Positions 11,614 to 24,316 are shown, counted from the first letter of the whole stretch. The stretch is DNA of 63,468 nt, filler included, from Pelomyxa schiedti (GCA_020536535.1; 17 parts of 17 records of this genome joined end to end with filler, not necessarily neighbours in it), one strand, 5' to 3'. Made by a program: numbers and translations. Notes: generated by a model from the letters alone, not told the origin.

Positions 11614-14600
11614 ATGAGTGACGACTGGGTAGCAAGAGAGATCTACGGGTTCGACACAACTCCAGAAACACCTCCACCACCTCCGGAGCCTTATTTGTTG
11701 GGTCCTGACTCTCAAAGGGTATGTATTTCCCCTATTATCCAACCACAACTCGTTGTAGATCTCACGCTAGTGATGGTAGGTGTTACTCAACGCGACGAGT
11801 AATGTGACGTGCCACGCGGATTTGAGGCCCACGCGAGCAATGACGTGTGACCGAACCAACGCGGTTGTTATCGGTAAGTTTGTGTTTTTTTTTCCCTCCC
11901 TCGTTCATCGCTAATTCGCTGTATGCATCATCGTAAATAGGCTTGGATGTCACTGGTTCGATGGCACTCACCTACGGGTACCCACTCGCCATTTGTTTTC
12001 CTTCTCTAACCCTTTGCCCAGATTCCTCATCCGTACTTGCCCCTGTTTTATTAACTAAATTTTATCTACGCGTTATCTTACTTTTGTATTCTTGTATTTT
12101 TGTTAGACAAGCTTCCAGAATTGGGTAAAACGTTACAGTTCACTTGGCGAAATCCCTCACACCACTGCAGTTATCGCAATCCAAAATAACCTAGATGATT
12201 GTGCAATCAGTATTGCTTTCATTGGCGATGCAAGTGTAGACCGGAGAGCTCCACTTCAAGGTGAGCCAGATATTGCCCTAGGCCCAAACCTAATTAATAT
12301 TGCAGTAACGCCATTCTGTAAAACCAATGAGGAATTGCAGAGTTTCCTTTTCAAACTCTCACTGGAGCAGACCTCAGGAGTTATTTACCGTACACACATT
12401 TCTCTCCAATTACGTACCTAAGTCTTTATAGCTGCAAGAATGGGTGGTTCTAATTTCGTGGAAAGTTATGACTTGTGTGCATTGCACTACTCGAACAGGT
12501 CTCAGCTTCAACAGAAGGGATTGTTCATCATTGTGGGTGACGAGCGAATTCCAGAGAGGACTGAACCCGAGATGATCTCTAAAGGTATGTCATAATAGTA
12601 GTATTATACTATCATCTCACCTCCCTTATCAAAGTTCTTGATCTCCACTGTGAGGCCTCCAAAACTCCCGCAGAAATCTTCGCGGATCTAAAGCAATTCT
12701 ACCACACTCTCTTCATCAACTGTGGGTATAAGACTCCCTCCTCGAACTATCCTACTACTGAAGGGTCCCAAAGAGTGTGAGTACTTTTATATCGAGGTGT
12801 GTACTTACCTTTTGCAAGACTTTTTGTGGATGTGGAATCCCAATGGAAAACTCTCCTCGGCCCTGACTGTGTACTTTCTGCTCCCACGCCAGATGAGGCT
12901 TCTAAGCATATTATTGCTGCTTCGGCGAATTGGGCAAAGCTCAAGTCCTCTCTTGGCGGAACGGCACTTGAAATTCCAAGGACTGTCCGGACTGTCCTAC
13001 CAAATACACCCCTTCCCAAAAAAGCGGCACCGATTGGAAGCCTAACCACTGGTAACAACAAGGACTGGATCTTACTTGTTAGCCGCGCAGTTGGGATTGT
13101 GGTGAGGAGGTTATTTTGCGTGGAGTTCTCTGCAAAAAGATGGGTTCACACTCGGGAATCATGTGAGGAAAGTGATTTGGTACTCACATCAGTTGGTGAA
13201 GCACTTTTCCCCTTGTGCCCTCTTGTTTCTAAACTATTGGTATGCCCCTCTAATGCGTTCTCACCACTTTGACTCACCTCAACAAACAGAAATCACTGAG
13301 TGGGGTCTGCCAGTATGTAGTGAAGTGTTGCATCACTCAAGGGGCTCTAAAAGTGGCAAAGTGGTACTGTGACTACTATGGAGTCACAAAATCGACAGAC
13401 CCCTTTGCCTCTTTCATGCGTACACCAAAAGGAGATTCCGGTTGCCTGCCCTCTATCCTTGCCACTGCGACCACGCCAGAAGGAATCAATGTTGTTCAAT
13501 GGATACTGGAATACTTCAGGATTCCTACGGCCATATTTTGCTTATCAATATTACGCTGCCTAAACTTAGCCGAGGGGGCGGCAGGAACTAAAGCTCACAT
13601 TACTGCCTTTAAGTTGTTGATAAAACACTTTGGGCCTATGATTCGAGATGACCTGAGAAAGAACCCTCCCGGAGGTCACTGGGATTCTGCTTATGTGCCG
13701 TCATATGAATTAAGGGAATGTCTTCAGAAAAATGCATTGCAAGGGGAAGAGGTAGAGATTTTCAAAGATATATTCGAGTACATACCCGTCGATGGGGGAA
13801 CAAAACAGCATTGCCTCTTTGAAGGTGCGGTGACCCTTCCTTCGCCACAGTTTTTGGAGTGGCTTCTGCCTCAAATCCAAGTGACAGAAGATAAAGCCAG
13901 GCAGTATGTACAGTATGCAGGGTGCTCTCGGTCAGTGGAACTGCTTGTTCCTTATGCGAAGTATGAGAAGGACCCAAGTTCCCTGGATCCATTGTTTGAA
14001 CGGCTAATGATTCTGGGTGATGTAAAGCAGGCCCGCGACCTGGCTGTTTCCTTCAACCGGCTAACTCCTCGGTATATTCTCGATAGCAAGTCTCACCATC
14101 TCATTGACAAGATTATCGAGGCCTTTCCAAACCAGCTGGAAAAAATGGGGTACTACGACACTGGTCATTGGGCCCTTGTGAGCATCTGGCGGAAGCATAT
14201 TGGGAACTTCCAACAGCAACTAAGATGGGTCCTCGATAGAGTTCCAGCTGAGAATCTAGACCGCTATAAATTACTTGCAAGTTTGTCCATTGCTAGCACT
14301 CCCGAAGGGCTTGAGTGGGCGTTCAACACTATCCACCCTGAACTTCGTACAGCTGATGAGGCTGCTGACAATGCGGCCATGATAAAATCCATGCTTACGT
14401 CTCTTGTTCATGGAGACGGGAGCTTTGCCCCAAAATTCCCGCAGCAAATGCCAAATTTGGCGTGGTTGGAAAATAAGGTGGGTAAAATTCCCCAGCCTCC
14501 TCCAGAGACCATCCATATGTACCTTGACAATGCACTGTTGCTTTGTTGCAACAGGGAGATCTTGGAGTGGTTATTCAGCCACTTCACCATCACTGCTGCA

Positions 14601-15106
14601 GATATAAACTCCGCACTTGACACTGATATGAAGTGCCAGACTTGTGTCAGATATGTTGAACCCACGCGGTACATAATTACACATTGCAACAATGATAGAG
14701 ACGTTCTTCTGAAGGTAAAGCAAAACCGCTTCTCCTCAAAAGCAATTCTAACAACAAACAACAGCTCCTTTGGGCATCAATGGTTACAGATTCTCCAACC
14801 AGTAGGGAAACCTATGAATTGGTCAAATCAAACATGACACCACCACTGACGATTGAAGAAAAACGCAGAAACGACCGCTTCTTTTCCGGCCTTGGTTCAC
14901 ATCCCTGGCTCTGGGAAGAATGCCAAGTCACGCAAGACGACTTAGTACGCCTGAAATTCTTCTCTGAGGAAAACCCTGTTTGTCTCCAACTGTTAAACAT
15001 TCATATCTAATTAGGAATACAGGGTTGGGGCAACTACTATGCAAACTCGAACCCCACCATGGCTCAGTGGGTCTACGACAAATATGGCCTAGCATCTCCC
15101 TATTGA
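11614..15106 (+). CDS. vWA (MIDAS) domain fused to family-A ankyrin-like repeat region (multi-exon)
   Basis: Spliced: MSDDW..QR|VLLNAT..NAVVI|GLDVTGSMALTYG|FLI|HKLPEL|VIAIQNNLDDCAISIAFIGDASVDRRAPLQ|VTPF..GGSNFVESYDLCALHY..KGLFIIVGDE..QWKTLLG, then SVGEALFPLCPLVSKLL and the long 13269-14837 frame, ending MAQWVYDKYGLASPY* at 15106. Confidence 0.78.
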
Positions 15107-15257
15107 CCCATTCAGTGCAAATTTTTATTTTAGATATGTCTAAGTGTTATACTACACGCCTCTTGCAAAAGCTATTAGAATTTCCCCAACAATAACCACG
15201 ATTATTGATGCTGAGCTTTTTTTCATTCTTGAATTGAAACCGGCAATGAAAGGTGTA

Positions 15258-16070
15258 TCAAGTGCAAGAGGGGTAGGGAAATGTTTTGTGTTTCCATGGG
15301 TCTGAATGACTGGAATGTGATGACATGGGCACAGAGGACTCCTCAGTCACGTGCATCTCTTTGTGTGATTCACTCACTTGTAAGACCAGGCCACTTTCAT
15401 CAAAAGAAAGCTCGCCCTCCCAATTTGTGCAACCAGTGGGGCACCTATGTGTTCTCACAGGATTGTTTGTTTCATTCACATCCCACACTCCATGACAAAA
15501 CAGCGGGATGTGCCGCCACACTCGTTCTGTTAGTGGAATGCAAACCAGGAGCCGCAAAGAAAGCCGTCATATCTGCGAAGGTGTGGCGGCAAGTCATCCA
15601 ATCTTGGAACAGTTGGAACAATTGGTCTTCGTTGCCACACACAAACTGAGGCCTGCTATCTTTCCACCTCACCAAGCACCACAGCAGTTGGCTTCCTGAT
15701 GTTGATGTTGTCTGCTGTTGCTGTTGTTGTTGTTGCTTCCTCACCGCTAGTGTTCTTCCTTGGGACCAGAAAACAACCATCCGTGTCCCCTCGGTCCCCG
15801 CCACAAACAGGTAGTAAGTACCCCATGCACTTTTGCACGACGAGGTAGTCCTGGCTGGCTCCCACAATGTCGCCGCCGTGCCGGTCCATACGCCACCTCG
15901 TCCCGCGCGTCAGTGCCGGCAGCGCCGAACTCGATGGATGCCTCGTGCAGTGGCCTCTTGGCGTGGTGGAACCTCGAGCTTTCCATGACCAACGCCCACA
16001 ACAGCCTCACTACCAGGCTCGCGTCCTCACCACGGCCGCCAACACCGACACCACATCCCACAATTGAGCA
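15258..16070 (-). pseudogene. Frameshifted remnant of the expanded beta-rich family (C-terminal 'VWDVN..P.R..GL..V.E...HVTEESS' motif)
   Basis: Family-like segments fall in three different minus frames (LVVRLLWALVMES; WRMDRHGGDIVGASQDYLV; GVWDVNETNNPVRTHRC..HVTEESS). Confidence 0.5.
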
Positions 16071-16375
16071 CCGCGGGTGGTCCCCGCTGCCAGCGCACCA
16101 ACTTGCTCCCTCGTGGTTGATTGCGTGGAAAAGTGGCACTGTGTTATATTATTGCGTGCCGCACTCAAGCACACGGCCTTAATTTTTTGTTTTTAAGTGG
16201 TAAGAACCAACTTGGTACAAAAGCTGTTTTTAGCATTAATTCAGAAAGTTCCGAGGTTACGATGTTTGTGAAGGGGGTGGCATTGGATACACGCAGTAAG
16301 TTTTTTTGTCTTGGGTCTGTTGTGGCTGTTTGTATGCTTGGCTTTTTTTTTTTTTAACAATGTCTTGTTCCAGAC

Positions 16376-16990
16376 TCTGTTTGAAGGGTTCCACCTGGGA
16401 ATATTTTTGAGAACGGCCGCGCGGAAGAAGAAAGACATACAGAGCTATCATAATCCTCATCAGAGTGACCTCTATACTCTTAGCCCTGAAGAGCTGGTAA
16501 GTTTTGGTTTTGTTTTGTTTATTGTGTGTATCGGAAAACCTGGGGAAATCTTCCTCAATTCTGTCCATTACATCCTCATTGACACCAGACTTGGAACTCA
16601 GAGTGTCCTCTTCCTCATCTTCTTCATTGTGCACTCAAATACTTGCTGACGTATCATAGTTTACCCTGTACAGGAGCCAGGCTGCAGCACAGAACCATTC
16701 AGATTGCCTATCAGAAGTATCAGCGATTGTACTGGAAGGTCTGGCACTCTGAACTCCGATTCGAATCTATAACTGATGGGCAGGCTTTCAGGGTGTTAGA
16801 ACGCAATGATAGGCACTCATCAGAAGAGAACCAGTTTTCCTGGAGTTGGAAGCAAAGTACGTTGTACTGGAAACATGAGAGTGAATGTGAAAATATGTAG
16901 AACAGCTGAGGGCAAGCGTTAGTGTTCACTTTTTGAGGAAGGAGAATTACATTGCAACAGCTGGATTGGCAATGCAAGCAAAATGAGAAG
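16376..16990 (+). CDS. Possible multi-exon hypothetical gene
   Basis: Exon-like blocks bounded by GT-AG (TLFEGFHLGIFLRTAARKKK..; RLQHRTIQIAYQKYQRLYWKVW..), but I could not build one consistent frame. Confidence 0.22.
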
Positions 16991-17403
16991 CAGAAATGAG
17001 CCAGCATGCCTGGCAACGAGCAAAAGAAGCTTCAGAGCCAGCTGCATGACATATCCAGAAGAGAAGTCCCAAACAGAAGCGAAGCTGTTGTTCCATGTAA
17101 CCCAGCCATGACCTATGCGTGGGCAACTCCTTAATCCCAGTTGTGTTCCAAAAACAGTTTCGGTTTCCTGTTAAGCAAACGTTTAAGTGGTTGGAAGTAA
17201 AAAAAAACCAAAAAGCTAGACAGACGTGCGGAAGTATGTTGGTATGCGCCTTCTTTTTTTTTCCTTATGCTTGTGGGCCGGCTACAACGCGAAACAAAGA
17301 CGAAGACCGAGACTTGCAGGAGATGACCCGCTGGTGCTGCCACCAGCCGCGGTGGTTCTTGAATCTTGTTGTGAGAAAGTTGGGTAATCAACTCTTCCCA
17401 AAA

Positions 17404-17955
17404 ATGGGGCAGTACTACAAGGCGATCATCCTGTTCGCGCGCCGCGACGGCACCACCACCAAGGAAGTCATACGCCTCTGGCTCTCCCCTCACGACTACC
17501 ACGCCGGCTCCAAGCTCATGGAGCACTCCTACCAGCGCAACACGTTCGTAACGGCGTTCGAGTTCCTGCTGACACCCGAGGGCCCCGCCCACATGAGCCG
17601 GTGCGTGTGGGCCGGCGACTACGCCGACAGAGAGCCCGGCCTTTCCCGCAACCCAGACAGAAACCTCTACGACATGGCGGACGCCGACACGCTGGAGCAG
17701 CCGCCGGCCCGCAGCACCGCGGCGTACCGATACATCGTGAACCACAGCAAGAGGCAGTACGTGGACAAGAGGGGCGCGGACATCCACCCGCTCCCTCTGC
17801 TCCTGGCCGAGGGCAACGGCCGAGGAGGCGGCGACTTCGAAGGCAGCAACCAGAAAATGGTGGGCGCGTGGGCCCGCGACGTCATCTCGGTGGAGAAGAC
17901 CGCGCCTGTTGGCTTCACTAAGCTTGAGGTTGCTTTTGCAGAGGGATGTTTCTGA
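17404..17955 (+). CDS. Phage/giant-virus-type conserved hypothetical protein, copy 1
   Basis: Intronless MGQYYKAIIL..KLMEHSY..FVTAFEFLLTPEGPAHMSRCVWAGDYAD..YRYIVNHSKRQYVDK..IHPLPLLLAEGNGRGGGDF..VGAWARDVISVE. The real start is ATG 17404, not 17119. Confidence 0.8.
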   Translation: MGQYYKAIILFARRDGTTTKEVIRLWLSPHDYHAGSKLMEHSYQRNTFVTAFEFLLTPEGPAHMSRCVWAGDYADREPGLSRNPDRNLYDMADADTLEQPPARSTAAYRYIVNHSKRQYVDKRGADIHPLPLLLAEGNGRGGGDFEGSNQKMVGAWARDVISVEKTAPVGFTKLEVAFAEGCF

Positions 17956-19041
17956 TGGCCAATGCAGTTAACTACAAAACCAAGTTGGTTTGGTGTGTTT
18001 TTCTGTGAGTAATCCCGCTGAAAAAGTGGGAATTGGAAGAGCACCATTGGTACATCGAAACTTACTACGACTTATTCTTGGGAGAGCATGCATTGGTCCA
18101 AAAACAAGTCGTGATTAGCTCCACTCGACTTAGAAAATGAATTTCACGGAAACATCATTTTTTTGTACACTTCAGAAAGTTCTCAAATTGATACTCAAAG
18201 TTAAGTTATTCCTCTTTATTGCTTAGAAGGCCTCGGATCAGGAGTATTTACAGGGGAGAGGAGGAGGACTGAGAGAGCACTCAATGCCTGGGTGAATGTC
18301 TAATTCCAGAACTAACTTGGGGTGCAAAAAAACAATAAAAAAAATTGTCCTAGTTCAACGACGGCGTCTCGTTGTTGGCGTTGTGCCGGGTTGAGTTTTG
18401 TTGATGATGGTTGATATATTGTAACTGTGCTGTCACAGCAACGAGAATGTGTCGTCGCAGTCTACCGTAACGGCGCAAAGCACCACAAAATAAGTAAACA
18501 CCACGGTGGATACAACCGAGCACCAACCGCAACCAAAACGGCGGGAATCCAAGTTGGGGAAAAGCCCTCCACACCAGATCATCACGTGATCCCACACTTA
18601 CGCACGAGACGAGGTGGTGGAGGGAAAATCTACGTGTGCCCNNNNNNNNNNNNNNNNNNNNNNNNNNNNNNNNNNNNNNNNNNNNNNNNNNNNNNNNNNN
18701 NNNNNNNNNNNNNNNNNNNNNNNNNNNNNNNNNNNNNNNNNCACCAACCGCAACCAAAACGGCGGGAATCCAAGTTGGGGAAAAGCCCTCCACACCAGAT
18801 CATCACGTGATCCCACACTTACGCACGAGACGAGGTGGTGGAGGGAAAATCTACGTGTGCCCGATGATTGGACTTTGGCTTCGTGGGCACACACAGTGAG
18901 CCCGACCTGTGGATCGGGACTCAGGACTCATAGATCTCCGCAATAGCTGTTACGTAACCACAGATACCCGATCTGCTACAGAAATTTGAATCCCGCACAG
19001 TCAGTTACCGAAAAAAAGAGAAGAAAGAAGCAGAAAACAAA

Positions 19042-19698
19042 ATGGGGCAGTACTACAGGGCGATCATCCTGTTCGCGCGCCGCGACGGCACCACCACCAA
19101 GGAAGTCATACGCCTCTGGCTCTCCCCTTACGACTACCCCGACTGCTTCTCCAAGCTCATGGAGCACTCCTACCAGGGCGACGAGTTCGTCACGGCGTTC
19201 GAGTTCCTGCTGACACCCGAGGGCCCCGCCCACATGAGCCGGTGCGTGTGGGCCGGCGACTACGCCGACAAAGAGCCTGATGACCGCGCCCGCGACGCAG
19301 CCAGCGACGACGACGAAGAAGAAGAAGAAGACAGTGATGTTGGGGACGAAGAGGGGTGCAGAAACCTCTACGAAATGGCGGACGACGACACGCGGGTGCG
19401 ACCGCCGGCCCGCAGCACCGACGCGTACCGATACATCGTGAACCACAGCAAGGGGCAGTACGTGGACAAGAGCCGCCTCGGCGAGGAGCCGAACGGCTGG
19501 CGCATCCACCCGCTCCCCCTGCTCATCGCCGAGGGCAACGGCCGAGGAGGCGGCGACTTCTGCGGGCGCGACGCGGACATGGTGGGCGCGTGGGCCCGCG
19601 ACGTCATCTCGGTGGAGAAGACCGTGCCTGCTGGCTTCGCTGAGCTCGAGGTTGGTTTCACGGAGCGGGGCTGTCGAGTAACACTGAGCCATGTGTGA
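19042..19698 (+). CDS. Phage/giant-virus-type conserved hypothetical protein, copy 2 (acidic insertion)
   Basis: 218-aa paralogue of 17404-17955 with the same motifs plus a DDRARDAASDDDEEEEEDSDVGDEEG insert. Confidence 0.8.
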   Translation: MGQYYRAIILFARRDGTTTKEVIRLWLSPYDYPDCFSKLMEHSYQGDEFVTAFEFLLTPEGPAHMSRCVWAGDYADKEPDDRARDAASDDDEEEEEDSDVGDEEGCRNLYEMADDDTRVRPPARSTDAYRYIVNHSKGQYVDKSRLGEEPNGWRIHPLPLLIAEGNGRGGGDFCGRDADMVGAWARDVISVEKTVPAGFAELEVGFTERGCRVTLSHV

Positions 19699-20262
19699 TA
19701 ACACCAATCAATGAGAAAAGTTTACTCCGTTTTAGCAACACCTTTATTCTTAGGCACCTGAGGATTTGCCAGAGTTCTGAGTGACGGCCCATTTGCAGAA
19801 CCTCGGGGTACGTCCTCTCATTCATGGAGAAGTGGCGTTTCCAATGGTGGGCATCAGGGGTCCTTTTTGTTGCTACTCCGTTTTCAACAGACCCAGGCTT
19901 CTTCGAAAAACAACGAAATGTCCGGAAGGGGCAGGTGGTGTGCGAGGTGCTGAGAGAGGGACGAGCACCGGAGTTAGATCCAGATCCGGAGTGTGTCGGT
20001 GCAATGGGGTCATTATTGTTGCAGTCAATACAGCAGCACTACATCACCTCCCGCGTGCTTTTTAATGATCCCACAAGGTTTTCGTAATTTTTTTGAATAT
20101 TTGTTCTAATCCCTGTTTTTTTTTTTTGTAATGTGTCCTGAATCGTTGATGCAATATTTTGGATTTTGTGGAATACCAACAGCTGGCGAGGCTATTTCGA
20201 ATCTTCTATTGGGCGCGTATTCTCTGTGTCAAAGTCTTCGCATAAGTCCCTAGTTCTACACA

Positions 20263-22070
20263 ATGTCGTCACAGGTTCTGTTCTCAGTCTTTGCGAATGG
20301 TCCCTCAGTTGGGACGAAGCAATCACACCCTATTAATTCCAATGCAACTTGCCAAGTTTGCTCAAATGACCGAGAGGGCTATCACTATGAGCACTGCAAT
20401 CACTGCACAAGTGGCTCCGAGTACTCCCGCTGCAACCTGGCAGTACTTAAGGATGTTTGCTTCCCCCACTTTGACATAAACTTCGCCGTGGGGATGGAGA
20501 ATACGTGCGGCTATTTCCTTGGTTCCATGGATATTTCAGGGAACCATACTGCCCTGTCCAACGAGGGTGCACTTGGTCTTGCTCCACACTTGCAGCACTT
20601 GTCGTCTTTAACTATTTCTGATGCACTCCTTCCAACCCCGGCAATTGAAGAACTCGCCCGCTATATTGCTGTGAGCCACAAGCTAAAAAAAATGAGCGAA
20701 CCTTATCGCTTCCGCTCTGGCCATGAATGAGTCTCTAGTGAAACTGAGCCTTGATAGCAATCCAATAGGCGATGTAGGGAGATCACTTATTTCCCGTGCA
20801 CTAGGGAAACGGGCATCCATCGTTCAGACCCCTCTTCACACTTTATCTGTAAGAAATTGCTCTTTCGGGGAGATAGGTGGGCTGGCCTTGGCAAAATTAA
20901 TGCTAGATGGTGGAGTAGTAAATACTCTGAATATCTCCAACAATACTATTGGCGAGCTTGCAGTCCAGGAATTAGCCAAGAACCAACAAATGGGAACTGA
21001 TGGAGGTCCACTACGCATCATCTTTATGGGTGCAGCAGAAAAACTGCTCTTGTCAGGATCTTTTTTTTTTTCACCAACCAAATAGACACAACACACAAAA
21101 AAACAAAGACTCACTTTTTTTGAGAATTACGAACCAAATGAAGCAGATGTGAGTCCAATTTATCCATAACTGTAAAATGATGTTAGGTAGGCCCATTTGA
21201 AGAAACACATAGTAGATTCTGTACCTGTGGAACTTGCCATTATGGATACTGGTAGCCAACAACATTCCTTGTGCCTTGACTAAAAAACAAACAAAAAGGT
21301 GGATAGTCTCTGTAAGTAAAGCCCTTAAATACATACATATTTACATTGCTAGGTATTGTGAAATGAGAGGGCCGTATGTTTCTCCCTTCAACACAATCAA
21401 TCTTTCACAAAGGCATACAATTACCGTGATGTAGGTACATGGTTGCTGGACACGTAATGGCAATTTGGTAACGGCGATTTTTTAGCTTACATTCAAATAA
21501 CCACATGGGTAGCGTCTCAATTACTTCCCGCACCTCAATTCGTGAGATAAAGAGTTTGCATCACAGTATTCAGACAGTTAAAGGAGTTGACGATTATCCC
21601 AAACTTCTTATTGGTTGTAAATCTGATCTGGAGGCATTGCGAGAAGTTTCTCGTGAGGAAGGCCTGGCCCTGGCCAGGTCCATAAAGTGTTCCGTGATTG
21701 AGGTCTATCCCAAAAGCTAAAATCTAAAACCCAAATATGACAAATCTAGATCAGTTCAAAGTCCGGAACCAATGTAACAGAGGCCTTTGATTCCTTGGCG
21801 CGTGCAGGCCTGCAATGGCGCTGCCAAAGGTTATACGGCACTGCACCAATTAGCAATTACCAACACAAAAATAAGCCGAGCCTGTTCTCATTACTAACTC
21901 AATCACTTTCTGCACTCAGCACCCAAACCAGTCACAACAGCAACAAGAACAAAAGCACCACCAGTAGCGACAAAGCGAGCCCAAAGAAGGAAGTAGAGGC
22001 CCCTCTCACGACGCTGCATTTGCCCTACCGGCACACTACCGCAAATTTCACAAACGACCTCGTAGGTATG
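20263..22070 (+). pseudogene. LRR (RI-like) + Ras-like GTPase fusion, apparently disrupted
   Basis: LRRs (LVKLSLDSNPIGDVG, LHTLSVRNCSFGEIG, VNTLNISNNTIGE), then Ras-type segments LRIIFMG/KTALV, THFF/ENYEPNEAD, LAIMDTG, LLIGCKSDL..REVSREEG, SSKSGTNVTEAF. Frame breaks near 20700, in the P-loop (about 21035) and near 21120. Confidence 0.6.
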
Positions 22071-23022
22071 CCAACATGCTTTCCATTCCCTTTTAAAATC
22101 CCTCACAGATTGGACTTTCTCTTCACTACTCACCAGCCAAGAGGAATTTACTCCCAGAAATTAAAATCCGAAACCTGAGGACTGGTCACCTCCAGAGATA
22201 CACTGTACCATCTAAGTACAGCTTGTTATGGGTGACTACAACAGCATTCATTGCCATGCACATTTAATGGAGCTTCAGCCAGAGGACCGTTGTTCACAAG
22301 ACAGATCCTGTCGCTCTCCCTTTGTCAGCAAATCGGCCTGTAACCGTGATTGGTGGCTAAGCTCATTCTGCATCAGTAGACCTGAGACTAGGCCGACAAG
22401 GCTTGATAGGAATTCTGGTTATTGGCAGGTTGAATTGTCAGAAAAAGCAAGTCATTCAGAAATAGTTCAGGGTAAAATGAGTTCCAAGTAATGCCGTGTG
22501 GCTAGGCCACATTTCAGCACTGGATGAAGTTCTGGCTGGTTTTATGCCTCTTCATGCAATGGTTTGTCTTGATGACGCAGTGATATTCACCTGGGATAAA
22601 CAGATAGTGCATCACAAGAGCGGCTTACAGTCTCATTCATAACGTATGACGTTGATGACTAACAGCTATTCTTACGGTTCCCACGAATCTGCCAACAGTG
22701 GCAACACCTCACAGCAGCGTTGTGNNNNNNNNNNNNNNNNNNNNNNNNNNNNNNNNNNNNNNNNNNNNNNNNNNNNNNNNNNNNNNNNNNNNNNNNNNNN
22801 NNNNNNNNNNNNNNNNNNNNNNNNATAGTGCATCACAAGAGCGGCTTACAGTCTCATTCATAACGTATGACGTTGATGACTAACAGCTATTCTTACGGTT
22901 CCCACGAATCTGCCAACAGTGGCAACACCTCACAGCAGCGTTGTGCTTCACAGAGGCAGTGGCAACAACGAATGAGGGTTGTATACTTCCGAAAAAGAGA
23001 GAAGAAAGAAGCACAAAACAAA

Positions 23023-23075
23023 ATGGGGCGTACTACATGGCGATCATCCTGTTTGCAAAGGAGGGTTGTATACGT
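23023..23075 (+). pseudogene. 5' remnant of a third copy of the phage/virus-type gene
   Basis: aaaacaaaATGGGGCG-TACTACATGGCGATCATCCTGTTTGCA aligns with the copy-2 leader and first codons, with a 1-nt deletion; homology then stops. Confidence 0.6.
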
Positions 23076-24316
23076 TGGACTAATACTATGTTGCTTTGGA
23101 TGGTTTGGGTGTGCATATCTAGCATTTCCACACTTGTCAAAATGCATTGAAGGCACGCATTCCTGTGGAAGTGTGGCCTGTCACTGGTCTTCAGAAAGTG
23201 GTGTGAGCATTTCCAGGGGTCTGAAGAGCAGTGGCTATGTTCAGTGTGGAAAGGTGGTCAAGTGGTTGTTTCACGTAATCCATCCCATTCACTGTGCTTG
23301 CAACATTCGGTCAGAGTGCAACAAAAGTAAGTGTGTCAATGTGGAGGATGCTGCGTGTGTTTCCTCAAGTTACAGCTGAGTTTGCCAATGAGCATTGTTT
23401 CCGTGTCACCACTCCACACCACCGTGTCAATGCCCACTCGGGAATCATGGGAATCACAAAGGAAAACATACGATCGTTGTTTCTTGTTCCACGACTCCGA
23501 AATCAACAAATGAAAGAAAAAAAAAAGTGATGTTGTTTTGCTGGGAGAAAATGATCACGAAATGGTGTTGAGTGTTCATAGGGAGGGAGTCCTCGCACAC
23601 TCTGTGGGTCAAGAGGAAGACGTGGCAGTTGTTGGTCCTGTGGGATTGCGGCGGCCAGGGAAGGATGCTGCGATGTTGGCGAGGCACCTTCTGATGTGTC
23701 CGGTAACGTCGTTGTCAGTTATGGGAGTATTGTTGCTGTCGTCGGTCACGGTGCTTGTTGTTGTNNNNNNNNNNNNNNNNNNNNNNNNNNNNNNNNNNNN
23801 NNNNNNNNTTAATTAATTAANNNNNNNNNNNNNNNNNNNNNNNNNNNNNNNNNNNNNNNNNNNNCCTGCAGCCACATATGTTATGTTATTCAGATGGTGG
23901 ACCTGCTGACAATCTATCACCAGGGTACACTCCCTCTCCCATTTTTACCACCACTCAACAACAGGGACAATGGATGCCACTGACTAATGGAGTGCAATGT
24001 CAGGTTTTACCCACCATTCACCCACTTCACCTTGGCACCAACACCCCTTGCTTTGCTCTTGCGCCCTACACTTCTGCTGTACAAAGTTTAAGCACACTGT
24101 GGACTAGGTCTATCTGTTCTATTTACTCTTCCACCTGTGAGTAATAACATACTGTCACACCAGCACCCACAGAATCACAGTAGCACGTGCCGGCACCAGC
24201 AAAGGGAACTGCACACTTCCATAATGCAAAACTGCAGCTCGGCGGCAGTACACAACAATAGATCCTTTCTTTTTTTCTAAAATAAAAAGACCATTGGTGA
24301 ACACAGGCAATCAAGG

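Noticed and set aside
17404-19698. High GC as proof of horizontal transfer
   Set aside because: Host-family 5' regions (9200-9940, 10600-11250, 59700-60100) are similarly GC-rich, so composition is not diagnostic here.
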